From positions 1,749,926 to 1,813,925 of the forward strand of contig CAWIAG010000004.1 of the NCBI GenBank assembly GCA_963834015.1: a stretch of 64,000 bases of DNA. Direction: 5' to 3'. This DNA comes from an uncultured Ignavibacteriales bacterium (GTDB lineage: Bacteria > Bacteroidota > Ignavibacteria > Ignavibacteriales > Ignavibacteriaceae). Every line of letters begins with the position of its first letter. Within the stretch, counting starts at the first letter, position 1. Below are positions 27,839 to 38,256 of the stretch, in pieces. The notes beneath the pieces are model-generated. The model saw nothing but the letters and a program-made list of their open reading frames with translations. It was not told the DNA's origin and searched no databases. The position numbers and the translations under genes were made by a program.

Positions 27839-28448
27839 ATTTTAATAAGGTTTGATTATTTTAACTTCATAAAAAACAGTTACTGGTTGATTCATTATAA
27901 TACGCAGGCTCTCACAGAGTAAATTCAGAGTGAGCGCCTTTATTATGGAGATCAAGAAGGAAGTAAAAAAGGATACAACCCGATGAAACCGGGTAGAAAT
28001 TCGCATTATATGATAATTGCATTTGTAAGGGATTTCATAAGGATTACGCATCGTAGTCCCGGTATACCCTTGGTGGGCCGCCCATTTTATTGAATAGGAT
28101 TAAAATTTTTTTACAGAGGCGCCGAGAAGGAAGTTAAATTAAATGCCTCACTTCTTAATAATTTGTCGCTTAAATATTAATTGTTTGCCCTGAATAATAG
28201 TTTTTATGATGAAAGTTATCCTGCCGGAAATCCTTTCTTTTGCCCATTCCTATAAAAATTCTTGTAATTAATTAATAATTTGAGCAAATTTAAAAATTCA
28301 AAATGAGTTCTGAAGTTATAATCGGAATCCTGCATCCGGAAATTTTCAAAGAATCCGTTAGCAAAAGGCTTTAATAAAGTTTTTGGCCTGTAGAATTTAA
28401 AATTATCAACATGTTTCAATTTTTAAATAATTAGATAGAGGAGAGATA

Positions 28449-29111
28449 ATGAGCAAAGTAATAAAATTCGGCGAGGATGTTGAAGGATATAACATCCCTG
28501 TATTAAATGAACGTGAAGTAAGGGCATCCGCTGGAATATTTTTTTTAGCTATGTTTATTTCATTAATGCTGGTAATATATAATAACAATTTTGTACCTAT
28601 AAAGTATCTTATAACTATATTTTTAACGGATTTTATAATCCGGGTTTTCATTAATCCAAAATTTTCACCATCATTAATAATCGGGCGCTTGATTGTCGGC
28701 AATCAATCCCCTGAATTTGTCGGCGCCCGGCAAAAAAAATTTTCCTGGATAATTGGAATAGTATTATCTTCCATAATGTTCATTTTCCTGGTAGTAGTAA
28801 ATGCATTCAGCCCTATTACTGGTATAATCTGCCTTACTTGCCTGATATTCTTATTCTTCGAATCCGCATTTGGTATTTGCTTAGGATGTAAGGTTTATTC
28901 AATGATCTATAAAGAAAAAGCTCAATATTGTCCGGGTGAAGTTTGTGACGTAAAATCAAGAAAAGATATTCAAAAAACTTCCGGGATTCAGTTATTGATT
29001 GTTTTCGGGTTTATTATATACATTTTACTTGCCGCATTTTTATTCAGTAGTAATTTTAATAAGAAACCATATGATTTGTTTGGAATTTATAAATCCGCAC
29101 AAACTAAATAG
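28449..29111 (+). CDS. DUF4395 family membrane protein
   Basis: VLNEREVRASAGIFFL, ...ARQKKFSWIIG..., and FFESAFGICLGCKVY (the family's C-terminal CxGC motif). Confidence 0.7.
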   Translation: MSKVIKFGEDVEGYNIPVLNEREVRASAGIFFLAMFISLMLVIYNNNFVPIKYLITIFLTDFIIRVFINPKFSPSLIIGRLIVGNQSPEFVGARQKKFSWIIGIVLSSIMFIFLVVVNAFSPITGIICLTCLIFLFFESAFGICLGCKVYSMIYKEKAQYCPGEVCDVKSRKDIQKTSGIQLLIVFGFIIYILLAAFLFSSNFNKKPYDLFGIYKSAQTK

Positions 29112-29341
29112 TATAAATTTTATTTTAGCCTGTAGTTTTATTTATTGCATTTCATCCCTTTTAGGAATGGTATTTTTAGAAGGAAATCATTTTGGAATAA
29201 TCCAACTTGCGTAAAACCGGTTGGTCTTCAGCTTGCAGATTCCTCTTTTAATTTGCCTTACAGATTTGGTAAAAATTATATTATGTTAGAATTAGATAAT
29301 GAAAATTAGATATAAGAAATACTAATCAGGAGTTAAAGTAT

Positions 29342-29518
29342 ATGGATGTTAAAATTGAAAATGGTAAATTAACTATAGTAATTGATTTGCAGGAACCGAC
29401 ACCAAGCGCCTCCGGGAAAACATTGGTTGTTGCAACAACACACGGAAATACGCCTACAAAATGTTTAATTAATGGCAAGCCTGTAGTTATAGGATTGAAT
29501 GCTTATATTAAGAAATAA
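29342..29518 (+). CDS. Small hypothetical protein, 58 aa (below the ORF-track cutoff)
   Basis: My own translation: MDVKIENGKLTIVIDLQEPTPSASGKTLVVATTHGNTPTKCLINGKPVVIGLNAYIKK. The SD caggag lies 9 nt upstream, and the composition is non-repetitive and beta-rich. Confidence 0.4.
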   Translation: MDVKIENGKLTIVIDLQEPTPSASGKTLVVATTHGNTPTKCLINGKPVVIGLNAYIKK

Positions 29519-29694
29519 ATTACGTAAGGTTTTTATGGGAAGGGTCTGGTGCATAATAATGTATAAGTACAGTACAGACTTACCCTTATATATATCCTTG
29601 TTCCTATCCGCTTCGAGAGGGAAATTAATATTGTATTGCGTGGTGAAAAAGGCTCTTAAAAAGGCGGAATATTTTAGTTAAAATATTAAGCCTT

Positions 29695-30804
29695 TTATTT
29701 AAACATAGTTGAAATTACTTCAGGATTACCATGCTCAGGGACAAACGGTAAACCAAGGAATGCTGCTATTGTGGGTGCAACCTGCTTGTTGTAAAGCTGA
29801 CTTTTGCTTTGAACTTCACCAAGCGGTGGAGTGTCCGGTCCGATGACGGCCAGCCACGTTTCCCCTGATTCGGGAATACTTGCTCCGTGCTCCATCCAGT
29901 TCCGTTTAAAGTGATCGCCCCTGCCGTGATCACATAACAAAATTAGTGTGGTTTTATCTTTGTACTGCGGGTCAGATTGTAAAAACCTCCAGAGCTCTGC
30001 AATACACCTGTCGGAAGCATGTACCTGCTCCAAATAATAATCATACAATCCCCGATGAGCTAAATCGTCTGTGCCGTCAAATCCGAGAAAGGCGACACGC
30101 GGATGATATTCTTTTATGTATTCAAATCCTATGTAGTAAGTTAACAGATCCTCACGCACATCGCCGCCGAGAAAATGCGGATCCCCGGATTGTATTTGAT
30201 TAAGCAATTTCATTTCCGGCGACAATTGTTTGCCCGGTATAGCTAACTGTTCACTGCCGCTGTTTATTAAAAGCTTAGAGCGTTCCCTGTTAAGAATTGA
30301 CGGGAATACATCCCATGAAGTAAATACGACAACCTGATCCTTAAAGTCTTCCTGCTGATTTATGAATTCCAAAACATTCTTGTTCGGGTTAAGATTTTTA
30401 TGGTTGCTGTTTATATTAGTATCAGGGTAACCGGTAAACATTTCATTATATCCGGGATATGAAAACTGATACCTGTTTGCTACATTAACAAAGTTCCCGG
30501 TTGTGCGGTTCCCGTACAATTGTCCATCAACAGCAATTACATTCCAAAAAAATGGCAATAATTTTTTACGACTTTTTTCGGGAGTGGATGCGCCGAACAA
30601 GTACTTAATGTCTTCGGGTTCCTTTGTGAAATTTTTATTATTGGCTATAGCAGTATCAATTCCTCCAAATAATTCCTGCCATCGGAAACCATCCAGTGTT
30701 ATAATAATAACATTTTCCGTCCGCCTGTTTTGAGTTTGAGCGGAAGATAAAGAAATACCAATTACTGTGGCTAATAAAACGAAATATATTTTTGTTTTTT
30801 CCAT
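29695..30804 (-). CDS. Secreted alkaline-phosphatase-superfamily enzyme (ENPP/phosphodiesterase-like)
   Basis: Signal peptide. IIITLDGFRWQE resembles the ENPP SLDGFR metal/nucleophile region, and LLCDHGRGDH matches the distal metal site. Confidence 0.6.
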   Translation of the reverse strand: MEKTKIYFVLLATVIGISLSSAQTQNRRTENVIIITLDGFRWQELFGGIDTAIANNKNFTKEPEDIKYLFGASTPEKSRKKLLPFFWNVIAVDGQLYGNRTTGNFVNVANRYQFSYPGYNEMFTGYPDTNINSNHKNLNPNKNVLEFINQQEDFKDQVVVFTSWDVFPSILNRERSKLLINSGSEQLAIPGKQLSPEMKLLNQIQSGDPHFLGGDVREDLLTYYIGFEYIKEYHPRVAFLGFDGTDDLAHRGLYDYYLEQVHASDRCIAELWRFLQSDPQYKDKTTLILLCDHGRGDHFKRNWMEHGASIPESGETWLAVIGPDTPPLGEVQSKSQLYNKQVAPTIAAFLGLPFVPEHGNPEVISTMFK

Positions 30805-31099
30805 GGTTATTATAATATCTATCTAAAAATTAATAAGTAAAAAATGTTACACAAAATCAGATGAATTTTATGTTCGACATAAAGAAGTTCATGAAACTAT
30901 TGTTTAAATAAAATAATCTACATAATGACCTCAAGGCCGGAGCAGTAAATACCTAATCCCCAGCTTAAACCTGCTCGTCTTCCCGTGCAGGCAGGCAGAA
31001 GCCGGGGATACTAAAAAAATAATTGTCAAACAATCCCTGAAGATTACAACGATAAATATATTAATACGGCGAAACAGCGTTCCGCAGTACAAGAGCTTT

Positions 31100-32902
31100 T
31101 TATATATCGGATTTTGGGGCTTCCTCTTTCAGCTTGTCGTGGACCATCATACCGATGAGAACATTCATTATTGATCCGTCACCGTCTGCACCGCCTCCTG
31201 CAATAATATCCGGCACCCATTTATTTGCACTTCCGGCCAGGTTCTTAGAGACTTCTATTGCTGCGTAATTGCTTGACTGCATCGATTTAATTTTTAAGGT
31301 AATTACATCTGCTTCAGCCGTACCAACCGCTTTAATTTTCTCTCCCTCAGCGGCGCCTACTATCTTGAGGACGGTAGCATCCGCTTCTGCGTTAATAGTT
31401 TTTGATTTAGCTTCACCTTCGGCTTTTTTTATTGCTGCCTGCGCCGCGAAATCATTTATCTGAACCGTACGCTCAATGCTGACGACGTTTGCCTGTGTAT
31501 CCGCCATTGCTTTAGCCTGCTGAAGATCTTTTCTTGTTTCTTCGGCTAGCCGTTGTGTGTCATACGTAATTTTTTCCTGCTCGGCTATTTTCCGGTCAGT
31601 CAGGGTTTTCATCAGTTCCGCAGGAGGTGTAATATCTCCTATTAGAGTATCAACGGCGTTCACATTATAGTCGATAAGCGCTTCACTAATTGAAGCCTTT
31701 GCCTCTGACTGCCGTTCACTACGTTTTTTTAAAAAATCAATTACATCAGACCGTTGGGCAGCATTGCGGAAGTAATTTCCGATAGTGGGTTCGAGAACCT
31801 GAGTAACCAGGTTGGGCATATTTCCAAACCGGGCAATTACTTTTGGCGCATCGTTTCGTGGTATGTGGATGATTTGACTTACGTCAAGGTTGAAGGTAAA
31901 TCCGTCAAAGGACCTGACTGTGATAGTTGATAGTTTCTCATCCAGCTTATGAGCTTCGCTTTTATTTGTAGCCCAATTAAGGACAACATTTGCCGTAGGA
32001 ACAATTTCAACCTTGTGAGTGTATGGATTTATAGGATATTTCCCGGGATCCAGGGGCTCAATCCAAACGCCTTTTTGGCTTTTTGAGACAAGATTACCAT
32101 GTTTGAAAGTATCTCCTGTTACATCCTTACCTTCTTCTCCTACATAGGCGATGACAACACCGACATTAGCAATTGGTACGTCCGTCATTGGTTTCTGTTC
32201 AACTGTAGCGAACTTAGGGTTCAAGAAATAACGGCCCGCAAGAATAACCTGTTCCTGCAAACCTTTGTAGCCGCCGTTTGTTATAAATGTTTCCGGATCC
32301 TGATACATATTGTGCCCGGGAATTTCCTTGCCGGCAATTTCCCCTGTTGGTAGCGGTTTCCCGTCTTTTGTAGTTACAACACCGACCATATTGTCGGGAA
32401 TTTCAACTACATCCTCGGTATAAACTGTAAACAATGATGTATTAATCCTGTATGTACCGGGAGGTATAATAGAAATCTGGGGACCACGCTCGCCGCCGTT
32501 TTCAATAAAGGCACGTGCATCCTGGAAAGATTTACATTCCACTGTTCTAGCAAGGACTCTACCGCCGGAAAGTGGTTTACCATCACGTGCCTCAACAGTT
32601 GCGATTTGGTTTCGCTCGACAGTAATAAATTTTTGCAGCTTAATAATATATTGCCAAGGCCACAACCAAAAGTGAATTCCGGGAGCGAGAGTGTCTGCCT
32701 GAAGCCCTGCTTCACCCTTTAAGGCGATGATCGCCCCGTCAGGGAGTGTCCTGTTCCTGCCAAGCAGAACCCATTTTTTGTTAACAATGCCGATTGAATC
32801 TTCCGGAACCAATACTACTCCAAACAGTCTTAGTACCAGTTTATTTGCTATTAGAATTATTATGATTAATAATACCCACCAAAAACTCAATACTGTATCC
32901 AT
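31100..32902 (-). CDS. Flotillin-like SPFH/Band-7 protein
   Basis: N-terminal TM helix, an SPFH-like core, and a C-terminal Ala/Glu-rich coiled repeat (AEGEAKSKTINAEADATVLKIVGAAEGEKIKAVGTAEADV). Confidence 0.75.
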   Translation of the reverse strand: MDTVLSFWWVLLIIIILIANKLVLRLFGVVLVPEDSIGIVNKKWVLLGRNRTLPDGAIIALKGEAGLQADTLAPGIHFWLWPWQYIIKLQKFITVERNQIATVEARDGKPLSGGRVLARTVECKSFQDARAFIENGGERGPQISIIPPGTYRINTSLFTVYTEDVVEIPDNMVGVVTTKDGKPLPTGEIAGKEIPGHNMYQDPETFITNGGYKGLQEQVILAGRYFLNPKFATVEQKPMTDVPIANVGVVIAYVGEEGKDVTGDTFKHGNLVSKSQKGVWIEPLDPGKYPINPYTHKVEIVPTANVVLNWATNKSEAHKLDEKLSTITVRSFDGFTFNLDVSQIIHIPRNDAPKVIARFGNMPNLVTQVLEPTIGNYFRNAAQRSDVIDFLKKRSERQSEAKASISEALIDYNVNAVDTLIGDITPPAELMKTLTDRKIAEQEKITYDTQRLAEETRKDLQQAKAMADTQANVVSIERTVQINDFAAQAAIKKAEGEAKSKTINAEADATVLKIVGAAEGEKIKAVGTAEADVITLKIKSMQSSNYAAIEVSKNLAGSANKWVPDIIAGGGADGDGSIMNVLIGMMVHDKLKEEAPKSDI

Positions 32903-33123
32903 ACTATATTTTCCTCCTATTTTTTTGAGCCGGTTAAAGATTTTACGTGGAGCTAAAGAGTTGACAACGTAAAATAAATAAGAAATAAAACGAAATCAAG
33001 ATAAGCATTAAATTATAGTTTTGGCTCTATTATTTTACGACCTTTTTACTTTAATTGTAACTGTTCATTAAGAATTGTTTGCTCTTTAATTTAAAATATA
33101 ATTACATAACTATTCAGAGTGTA

Positions 33124-34017
33124 ATGGAAGGTATTGTTTTCGATATTCAAAGGTTTTCACTACATGACGGCCCAGGGATAAGAACAACAGTGTTTCTAAA
33201 AGGCTGCCCGCTGCATTGTGTATGGTGTTGTAACCCGGAATCGGTTAAAAACTCGCCTCAATTGGCTTTTATCGAAAAGAACTGCAGTATGTGCAGGAAC
33301 TGCATTACGGCGTGTAAAGAAAATGTATTTTCTTTTTGCGGCGAGAACCTGAAAACCGATTTCTCAAACTGCAATTTGTGCGGAGACTGTATAGAAGCAT
33401 GTGATACAGGAGCATTAAAATTATTCGGCTATAGGGTAAGTGCAGATGCCGTTATTGCCGAGGTTATTAAAGATATTAGTTTTTATAATAATTCCGGCGG
33501 CGGCCTGACGCTTTCAGGCGGTGAACCGCTAGCACAACCGGACTTTGCGATTGAAATTCTTGAAGGTGCAAAGAAATATAATATCCATACCTGTGTTGAG
33601 ACTTCAGGTTTTGTAAATAAAAATTTAATTTTAAAAACTATACCGTTTATCGATATGTATTTATTTGATTTTAAAATTGCATCCGAATCCATGCATCAAA
33701 AATATACAAGTGCCGGCAACAGAATGATACTTGAAAATTTAGAGCTATTAATTAAAAACGGATGCTCTCTTATTCTCCGGTGCCCCATTGTCCCGGGGAT
33801 AAATAATGATGAAATGCATTTCAAAAGCATTGCGGAATTATCAAGGAAATATCCCGGGCTTAAAGGTGTTGAGCTTATGCCTTACCATAACTGGGGCATA
33901 GATAAATATAAACAAACAGGAGTGGAACCTGATTTTAAATTCGGATCAGGAACGAAAGAAGATAAACAAGTTTGGATAAAAAAAATTAGTTCATTCGGCG
34001 GGAAAAATATTTATTAA
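33124..34017 (+). CDS. Glycyl-radical enzyme activating enzyme (radical SAM)
   Basis: FSLHDGPGIRTTVFLKGCPLHCVWCCNPE (CxxxCxxC) plus two ferredoxin-like Cys clusters (CSMCRNCITAC and CNLCGDCIEAC). I moved the start to ATG 33124; the track start is 33079. Confidence 0.9.
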   Translation: MEGIVFDIQRFSLHDGPGIRTTVFLKGCPLHCVWCCNPESVKNSPQLAFIEKNCSMCRNCITACKENVFSFCGENLKTDFSNCNLCGDCIEACDTGALKLFGYRVSADAVIAEVIKDISFYNNSGGGLTLSGGEPLAQPDFAIEILEGAKKYNIHTCVETSGFVNKNLILKTIPFIDMYLFDFKIASESMHQKYTSAGNRMILENLELLIKNGCSLILRCPIVPGINNDEMHFKSIAELSRKYPGLKGVELMPYHNWGIDKYKQTGVEPDFKFGSGTKEDKQVWIKKISSFGGKNIY

Positions 34018-34142
34018 TTGGCGTATAGGTGAAAATTGGTTCAATCATGGTGTTTTATTAAAATTAATATTGTATGATGCTTCGCTTATAATTATTTAAT
34101 TTTAGCCTGCATAAACAAATTAACAATAAGTAATTTATTTGT

Positions 34143-36389
34143 ATGATTACTGCAAACGATTTAGCTGTTTTACTCACGGAGATGACGCGTGTTTATAGGG
34201 AAAACACAAATAATAAATATATGCGCGAAGCTGCATTTCTGAAAGTTCAACAAAAGGCATTGTTCACTCCTATAGAAAAAGACGATTTATTTGTTGGGAG
34301 AACGAAGCAATTACCGATTGGATTTTTACCACAGTCCGATGAAGGGTCCCTTGGTTATTATATCCATCCCGTTGCAATTAAACAGCTTTTGGACGATCCC
34401 GTTCTGACTGCCGGGAACCAAGTAAAGCTTAAGGAAATTGAACAATTCTGGAATGAAAACTCCACAGTAACAAAAGCCAAATCGGCTTTCACCACGGATA
34501 TGATGAAAGCGCTGCCGAGCGACATGTATACCACAGAATCAGGTATAGCTTTTACATTATGGAGAATGAGCGGAGTTCAATTAGATTATGCAAAATTAGT
34601 CAGGCTTGGGATACCGGGTTTAAGGGATGAAATAAGAAAACGAAACTTAAACGCAGTCCCCGGTACGGAGCGATGGAATTTATACCAGTCAATGCTGAAG
34701 GCTCTTGATAACCTGGTTGAATTATGCCAAAGTTATTCGAACGAAGTACGCAGGTTATATAAAGACGAGACCGATACCGGCAGGAAAAAAGATTTAGCTG
34801 AGATGGAGCGCATCCTTCATAAATTACCTGAATCAAAGCCCGGGAGTTTCCGTGAGGGGATTCAATTAATTTATATTTATAATGCCGCGGACGGAGCCAG
34901 AAATTACGGCAGACTGGACAATGCACTGGCTGATTTATACTGCACGGATATTGAAAAAGAAATTATCGACAAGGAAGAAGCAATCCGGCTGCTTTCCGGT
35001 ATGTGGCGGCTTATTATAGACCGCGGCTACAGGTATGACAGCAGGATAATAATAGGAGGCAAAGGAAGGTTTAATGAAGAAAAAGCAAATGCCCTTGCCG
35101 TGACGATTATAGAAACTACACGCAGAGTAAAAGATATAGTGCCGCAATTGGCTTTGCGCTTCAATAAAAATCAAGACCCGGTTTTGTATAATATGGCACT
35201 GGATATTATAGGCGAAGGCAACCCTTACCCGATGCTGTATAACGACGATGTTAACATCCCGTCAGTTATGGAATCGTTTGACATCCCGGAAAATGAAGCC
35301 GAACATATTATCCAGTTCGGGTGCGGCGAATATGCGCTCGACCATAGAAGCGTAGGTACACCAAGCGGGGTGATAAATTTACTTCAGGCGCTGAACGTTA
35401 CAATTAATAATGGGATTGATCCCGTTACACAAAAACTAATGGGCATGCCGACAGAGCGGTATACAAAGTACGGCGAGTTTGAAACGTTTGATGACCTTCT
35501 AAAAGCTTATAAAGAACAGGTTGAATATCATGTGGATTTTCTTGCCAAACATGAAGAACTTGAATATTTGTATGCGGGAAAAGATGCAGCATACTTATAC
35601 TCAAGTATGCTGATGGATGACTGTATTGAAAGAGGAAAAGGAATTTATGAAGGAGGGATCAGGTACCTGGGAGGGACGCTTGAATCCTACGGCAACAGCA
35701 ATACGGCAGATGCTCTTACCGCAATAAAAAAATTAGTTTACGATGAAAAAATCCTTTCAATTTATGAATTAAAGAGCTGCCTTCAGGCAAATTTTTCCGG
35801 CTATGAGCGCATTCAGAAAAAAATGTTAAACTGCCCTAAGTACGGAAATGATAACGAAACGGCAGATAACATGTTGCTTGAAGTGCATAACCATTTATGC
35901 AATTATACATTAAAGCAAAAACACAGCACATCTCTTCATTCATATCTCGTGGTTGTTATAAATAACGATGCAAATACTATCATAGGCGAACATACATCAG
36001 CGTCGGCGGATGGGAGAAAAGCATTTGCTTATATGAACCCGGGCAATGCCCCTGTGGACGGGATGGACAAAAACGGAGTTACTGCATTCCTGAATTCTAT
36101 TGTTAAACCGGATACGCGGATACATGCAGGAGCAGTGCAAAATATGAAATTTTCAAAAGAAATGTTTTCAGAGTACCGGGATAAATTAGAAATTCTGCTG
36201 GCAACGTACTGGCAAAACGGCGCTGCCCAGGCAATGCTTACGGTTGTAGGGCGTAACGACCTTGAGGCTGCTATGGAACACCCGGAACTTTATCAAAACC
36301 TTTTGGTACGTGTGGGAGGCTTTAGCGAGAGATTTGTCAATTTACCACGGCACACTCAGCTTGAAATATTGAACAGAACTTTGTACTGA
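34143..36389 (+). CDS. Glycyl-radical enzyme, PFL2/dehydratase-lyase-like, substrate unknown
   Basis: C-terminal glycyl loop LLVRVGGFSERFVNL (36307-36327) and thiyl loop IQFGCGEYALD (Cys codon 35322-35324), of the GCxE type. At 748 aa it is short for the family. Confidence 0.85.
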   Translation: MITANDLAVLLTEMTRVYRENTNNKYMREAAFLKVQQKALFTPIEKDDLFVGRTKQLPIGFLPQSDEGSLGYYIHPVAIKQLLDDPVLTAGNQVKLKEIEQFWNENSTVTKAKSAFTTDMMKALPSDMYTTESGIAFTLWRMSGVQLDYAKLVRLGIPGLRDEIRKRNLNAVPGTERWNLYQSMLKALDNLVELCQSYSNEVRRLYKDETDTGRKKDLAEMERILHKLPESKPGSFREGIQLIYIYNAADGARNYGRLDNALADLYCTDIEKEIIDKEEAIRLLSGMWRLIIDRGYRYDSRIIIGGKGRFNEEKANALAVTIIETTRRVKDIVPQLALRFNKNQDPVLYNMALDIIGEGNPYPMLYNDDVNIPSVMESFDIPENEAEHIIQFGCGEYALDHRSVGTPSGVINLLQALNVTINNGIDPVTQKLMGMPTERYTKYGEFETFDDLLKAYKEQVEYHVDFLAKHEELEYLYAGKDAAYLYSSMLMDDCIERGKGIYEGGIRYLGGTLESYGNSNTADALTAIKKLVYDEKILSIYELKSCLQANFSGYERIQKKMLNCPKYGNDNETADNMLLEVHNHLCNYTLKQKHSTSLHSYLVVVINNDANTIIGEHTSASADGRKAFAYMNPGNAPVDGMDKNGVTAFLNSIVKPDTRIHAGAVQNMKFSKEMFSEYRDKLEILLATYWQNGAAQAMLTVVGRNDLEAAMEHPELYQNLLVRVGGFSERFVNLPRHTQLEILNRTLY

Positions 36390-36411
36390 CAGCCCGCATT
36401 TCGTGTAATTA

Positions 36412-38256
36412 TCAGATGGTTTTTATGTAATCCAATACGTTTAGCAAGGCAAGATAGTTATCTACCAAAAAACCTTCATAACCCCAACATTCGTTTTTCC
36501 ATGTTTTCCAGTCTTTTGTCATTTCACTTCCGCTGCAGTATCCCTGAAATGCATTTGTTTTATAGCTTTCAAGCAGCGGGAATAATATTTCTTCGGCTTC
36601 ACGGTGCATATTTAATTTGAAAAGTGCATGAATAGTATAATACACGTAACATCCACTGGCGCCCCCGTTTTCATATACCTGAAAATTCTGATAGCCGTAA
36701 CGCGGATTCTGGTCGGTGTAATCCTTATCTGCGATTGGAACCAGGTTGCCGGGCAATCCCAGTCGGAAATCCGTAAAGCCGACTTGCTTCATTTTACCGA
36801 GTAGTGTCAGCATAATTTTTTTAGCTTCTTCCATACTAATAAGATCATAACAAACGGCAACACTGTTAACAAAGGTAAAATAATAATCATGCAATTGCCC
36901 GTCTTCACTGCGCCAGCCTGCCAGAATTCCCGTTTCGGGATTATAAAATTTTGAAAAGTATTGGCTCTTAAGTTTATTTGCAAAAGCTGCAAAGTAAAGG
37001 CTGTCTCCAGAATATCCAAGCGTTTCTGCAACATCTGCCAGTAAAGTTAAAGCTTTGTAAGCCAGGGCGTTCGAATAAGCGTCATCATGCCCGAAACCGA
37101 TTGTATCCCACCAGTTTGCCGGCCGTTTAAAATCTTCTTTGCTCCAGCTATTGGAATTCCCCGAATATCCGTATTCAATAATCCCGTCATGATTTCTATC
37201 TGTGGCAATCATGCCTGCAGCCCAATCCTTAACCGCGTTATAGTTTTGTTTTGCCCAATCGTTATCTTTTGTATCCATGATATAATAACACGCTGAAATA
37301 ATAAGTGAAGGAGCGCTGTCCGATGAATCGAATTTACTTTTCCATACATCGCCTTTATAACCAACCTGTCCGTAGGCTTTCATTCCACCGATATATTCAT
37401 CCAGTGAATTCCTGACAAGATCCATAGCGCCGACGCCTTTTACAAGTTCGGGAGTATGCCGCGCCATTTCTGCATAAATAAAAACCGTAAATGCACATGC
37501 GTCGCTTGCGGAATTATTGGCAAGGCTCCGTATGCGCGGGTTTAATTGGAAAATATTAATATAATTGCGCTTGAAACCGTCAAACCTTGAATCGTTTTTT
37601 ATTTTATCAATAACAGGATAAACAGCAACAGGATCAAAGCGATAAGTAATATCCGGATGATCAATAGAGGCCGGAGAAAAAACTAATTTTACATAAGGGT
37701 CTTTAACGTCGCGGTCTGCATCATAATAAACGTTTGCGCCGGGGTCGCTACAGTAAATACGAAAACTTCCCAGTCCCGGGAAATGCAATAAGCATGGAAA
37801 ATTTACAATGTTTTTCCCGGGCATTATTCCCAACATGGTACAGTGATTTGTTTTATGTGAAAATGTGATTGAAAAGGGAAGGAAATTTTCTTTTTTATTG
37901 TACCTTGTACGGATACTAAAAGTATGAGGGTGCATAATAAATTGCCAATCAGGTATATCTCCCCGGCTACCTTTTGAAAGGTATGATATGCTATCTGACT
38001 TTACAATACTTTCATAATTTATTTCAGGTTTTTGACCTTTTAATAATAAAAGGTTTTCCGGGAATTGCCTGCTGCCTAAACTATCAGCGGAGAAAAAAGA
38101 TAACTCAGGGCGGGCTCTTAATAATTGTAATTTAAAGAAAGGTGACTTATAAGTGAAATCCTTTCCTGTATCCGGCAAAAATGCTAAAGGTGTTGGTATT
38201 CCGGCAGCAATAGCAGCCAGTGCAGTCTTTTGAATAAATTGACGGCGCGAAATCAT
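36412..38256 (-). CDS. TAT-exported protein with a C-terminal (alpha/alpha)6 six-hairpin glycosidase-like domain, family unknown
   Basis: Twin-arginine signal SRRQFIQKTALAAIAAG. WWDTIGFGHDDAYSNALAYKALTLLADVAETLG and YENGGASGCYVYY follow the pattern of GH63/GDE/rhamnosidase-type toroids. Confidence 0.45.
   Translation of the reverse strand: MISRRQFIQKTALAAIAAGIPTPLAFLPDTGKDFTYKSPFFKLQLLRARPELSFFSADSLGSRQFPENLLLLKGQKPEINYESIVKSDSISYLSKGSRGDIPDWQFIMHPHTFSIRTRYNKKENFLPFSITFSHKTNHCTMLGIMPGKNIVNFPCLLHFPGLGSFRIYCSDPGANVYYDADRDVKDPYVKLVFSPASIDHPDITYRFDPVAVYPVIDKIKNDSRFDGFKRNYINIFQLNPRIRSLANNSASDACAFTVFIYAEMARHTPELVKGVGAMDLVRNSLDEYIGGMKAYGQVGYKGDVWKSKFDSSDSAPSLIISACYYIMDTKDNDWAKQNYNAVKDWAAGMIATDRNHDGIIEYGYSGNSNSWSKEDFKRPANWWDTIGFGHDDAYSNALAYKALTLLADVAETLGYSGDSLYFAAFANKLKSQYFSKFYNPETGILAGWRSEDGQLHDYYFTFVNSVAVCYDLISMEEAKKIMLTLLGKMKQVGFTDFRLGLPGNLVPIADKDYTDQNPRYGYQNFQVYENGGASGCYVYYTIHALFKLNMHREAEEILFPLLESYKTNAFQGYCSGSEMTKDWKTWKNECWGYEGFLVDNYLALLNVLDYIKTI

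Noticed and set aside
28216-28702. Minus-strand ORFs 28216-28419 and 28406-28702 near or inside the DUF4395 gene.
   Set aside because: The second is antisense to a CDS with family motifs. The first lies in repeat-like AT-rich DNA with no RBS.
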